DNA of 64,000 nt from assembly GCA_017654855.1 (NCBI GenBank), contig CM030333.1:3286001-3350000 (forward strand), in the 5' to 3' direction. Source of the stretch: Podospora anserina. Taxonomy: Eukaryota. A program made the translations under genes and the position numbers. Shown in pieces: positions 61,554-64,000 of the stretch. Under the pieces are notes generated by a model. That model did not search any database, was not told where the DNA came from, and saw nothing but the letters and a program-made list of their open reading frames with translations. How positions within the stretch are numbered: the first letter of the stretch is position 1; each line of letters starts with the position of its first letter.

Positions 61554-63724
61554 ATGGCTGCGTCACCCAGCTCCGCCGTCGCCATGTCTGAGGTCGATGC
61601 CAGTTCACCACCACCCCAACACCACCATCACATGGAAAAGTCCTTCATGACGGTGGTCACCGACGACGACGGCGACACCAAGATGGCGACGGCTACCCCA
61701 GAACCAACCGAGACGCAGCCTCGGGGCAAGAAGCGCGCCCGTGATGATGGCCAGAATGGCAACTCTATCATCGGCAAAGTCAGGCATTTGAAGAAGAACG
61801 ATGGAGAGCCGCTCTGGCGCGAAGATATCCAATACGACTTTCTCAAGGCCGTCTTCAACAACGAAGACAAGGTCTTCACCAACAGCTACGAACCACAACG
61901 TCTGGGCAAGCAATGCTTTGCCGACCTCTACATCGACACGATGGCCAGGAGTAGCAAGACCAGCAAGGTCCTTCGAGACAAGCTGCTTAGTGATCGCGCT
62001 GCCGCCAAGGGCATGGCCATGGTCTGCCTCCTGGTCAACATTGGTCGTATGAACACGACCCTTAATTGTACGTTACCGACATTGCTCTGGCGCTTGAATC
62101 GTTGCTGACCATCCTCCCTGTCACAGTTTTCCCCGAGATGCGAGCCCAGCTCCGAACATACCACGCCATTCCGTCCCTCCAAGCACAAGCAGATTCCAAC
62201 GCATACAAGCAGCTCCAGGATGCGCCCAGGTTGAAGTCCATCTTGAAGGGCGGTATGGAGGACCGGACAGAGCCCAACTCTCTTGATGCCGTCAAGGCCG
62301 TCAACGTGCCGAGAACCAACCCGGTCAACTTGCTGTTCCTGATCTGCAGCAACGCTACTAAGGTTGCTGAGCTGCACTTCCCGCCCGGCGGCGAGTTCCA
62401 CGATCTCATCATGAAGAAGCAGTTCACCAGTGAGAGCCGCGCGAGAGCCTTTTTGTGGATCATGTGGTTCTACCTGGAGTCCGACTTCACCGAGGAAGGA
62501 TGCGAAGAGAACCCGTTCGGTGCCGGTGTGGACTACGGTGTTGATGTCGCCAATCAAGGAGTTCCACAGCTGGTGCTCATGTCGGAAGAGGAAATGGCAC
62601 TCGAAAACGTCGATACAGAAGAGGAGAAGAGGTTCGGCCGAGAGAAGCAGGAGATGCGGCGGAAGATCATCGAGGCCGACCAACAGTTCATGGCAGAAAG
62701 CCAGACCAAACGAGGAGGTCGAGCTCGCGCCCTGGCTGGAGAGGAAGTTGGTCCGAGCACCGGCATCTTACCACGGATTCGCCCTTCTAAGCACGAGAGC
62801 GATCATGATAGTGTCAGGTCGACTCCGCCGCGTGCTTTGCTCGGCAGGCCATCCGTTGGCGCCAGCACTGGACGACGTGGTCCCCACTCACTGAAATATG
62901 TGGTCGATGGCTCGTCGCCTGGGGGCCCTCAGCTGGAAGGAATCGTTGCTCGGAAACCTCGACCACCGACTGCTCACCAGATAGCTGTTGAGCGCAATAG
63001 AAATCAGCGTGTGGAGTACATCTTGGATCGTCGTCTCCGTAAATCCTATCACCAGGCACGAAAGATTCGCCGTGTTGACGGGGCGATTATCCACGCTCTT
63101 CAGAGACTGGAGCAGCTGGACGATGAAGACCCATGGGAGGACAGCGAGGATGAAGACACGGTCAAGATCCACAAGGCGGCCATTGAAAACGCCGGAGTCA
63201 ATGTTGATACTCACCACTTCCGGGAGAGGGGTTACGGCGGGCTGTGTCAGCTCAAGAATGAGACAGATGACTTTGGCGAGCAGTTCCACGCGTACACTGC
63301 TACCCTTCGACGCGTCTCCCGACGGCTCACCCGCTGGGAGAACAGCGATGATCCAAACCTGGGGGTTATCGCGCCGATCAAGCGGCCAAAGGCGACGAAT
63401 GGAACAGTCAATGGTGATGGTTCCGATGGGGAAGGTGACCAGTCACCTTCCAAGGAACCTATCGACCCCGCCGAGACTGAGGACGAGGCGGAGATGATGT
63501 CCGGACGTCAGACCAAGACTGTGCGCCGTCCAAAGGCCAACGGGCTCAACAGGGGTGACACTAATGGTGACACGCCCATGGAGGAGGCCGACGACCTGGA
63601 TGATGTGGATAGGGGGTTGCTCGGTCTGGGTGATGAGGATGAGGGTGATGGTCAGGGGGATGATGATCTGGATGATGTTGAGAAGACGCTTCTTGGGTTG
63701 GATGGGGATTCGGACTCGGAGTAG
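61554..63724 (+). CDS. IES1: INO80 complex subunit Ies1; exons 61554-62067, 62127-63724
   Basis: HLKKNDGEPLWREDIQYDFL, CLLVNIGRMNTTLNFFPEMRAQLRTYHAIPSLQ, KQLQDAPRLKSILK, RARAFLWIMWFYLE; intron GTACGT..GCTGAC..CAG. Confidence 0.92.
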
Positions 63725-64000
63725 AAATCTGACTGTTTTTACCTTGGGCCGAAACCTGGGGTTTTTGTCGGTTTTTGCAAAAGTAATCAAAGAGGATAGA
63801 CGGAGAAAAATGGGTGGATAAACAGACTACCATACACCCAATGCCTCCTCCATTTCTCATGAACTGAGGAAAAGGGGGGTTGTGTATTACATTTCTTGGG
63901 GAGGGGAACTTTTTCACTAGGCTTTGTTCGTCGGGATCAAAAAAGAATCAAACGGAGTTTTGGTAAGGGGATTTGCAAGGCGTTTGGGAGGGGTGGGTAA

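Noticed and set aside
1-64000. Prokaryotic-type systems (CRISPR arrays, operons, IS elements)
   Set aside because: Sequence is eukaryotic with spliceosomal introns; no repeat-spacer array or mobile element detected.

Overview
Eukaryotic, intron-containing DNA from a filamentous ascomycete (Sordariomycetes; composition and gene set suggest a Podospora-like Sordariales genome, which is inference). I can support 17 protein-coding genes: a Zn2Cys6 factor, flavin reductase-like protein, F-BAR/DEP RhoGAP, M19 dipeptidase, mitoribosomal SWS2, METTL25-like methyltransferase, CASTOR-like ACT protein, frameshifted YIH1/IMPACT, GGCT/AIG2, AA11 LPMO, TRA1, CDC16, acetoacetyl-CoA synthetase, secreted alkaline phosphatase, CutC, a 2OG-Fe(II) oxygenase and IES1. 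There is also an intron-containing tRNA-Arg(ACG). The most interesting stretch is the apparently empty 57.3-59.2 kb interval. It holds (i) a candidate ~175-nt, strongly base-paired Pol III RNA (TATA, A-box, B-box, T5 terminator) that I cannot assign to a known family, and (ii) a spliced fructosamine-3-kinase-like relic broken by two in-frame TAG codons. Other oddities are a GC-AG intron splitting the GGCT FYGTL motif, a stop-free in-frame intron with a NAGNAG acceptor in TRA1, a ~10-kb gene-free region upstream of the Zn2Cys6 gene, and repeated C-rich to G-rich switches inside genes. All exon models were read by eye and no database searches were run.
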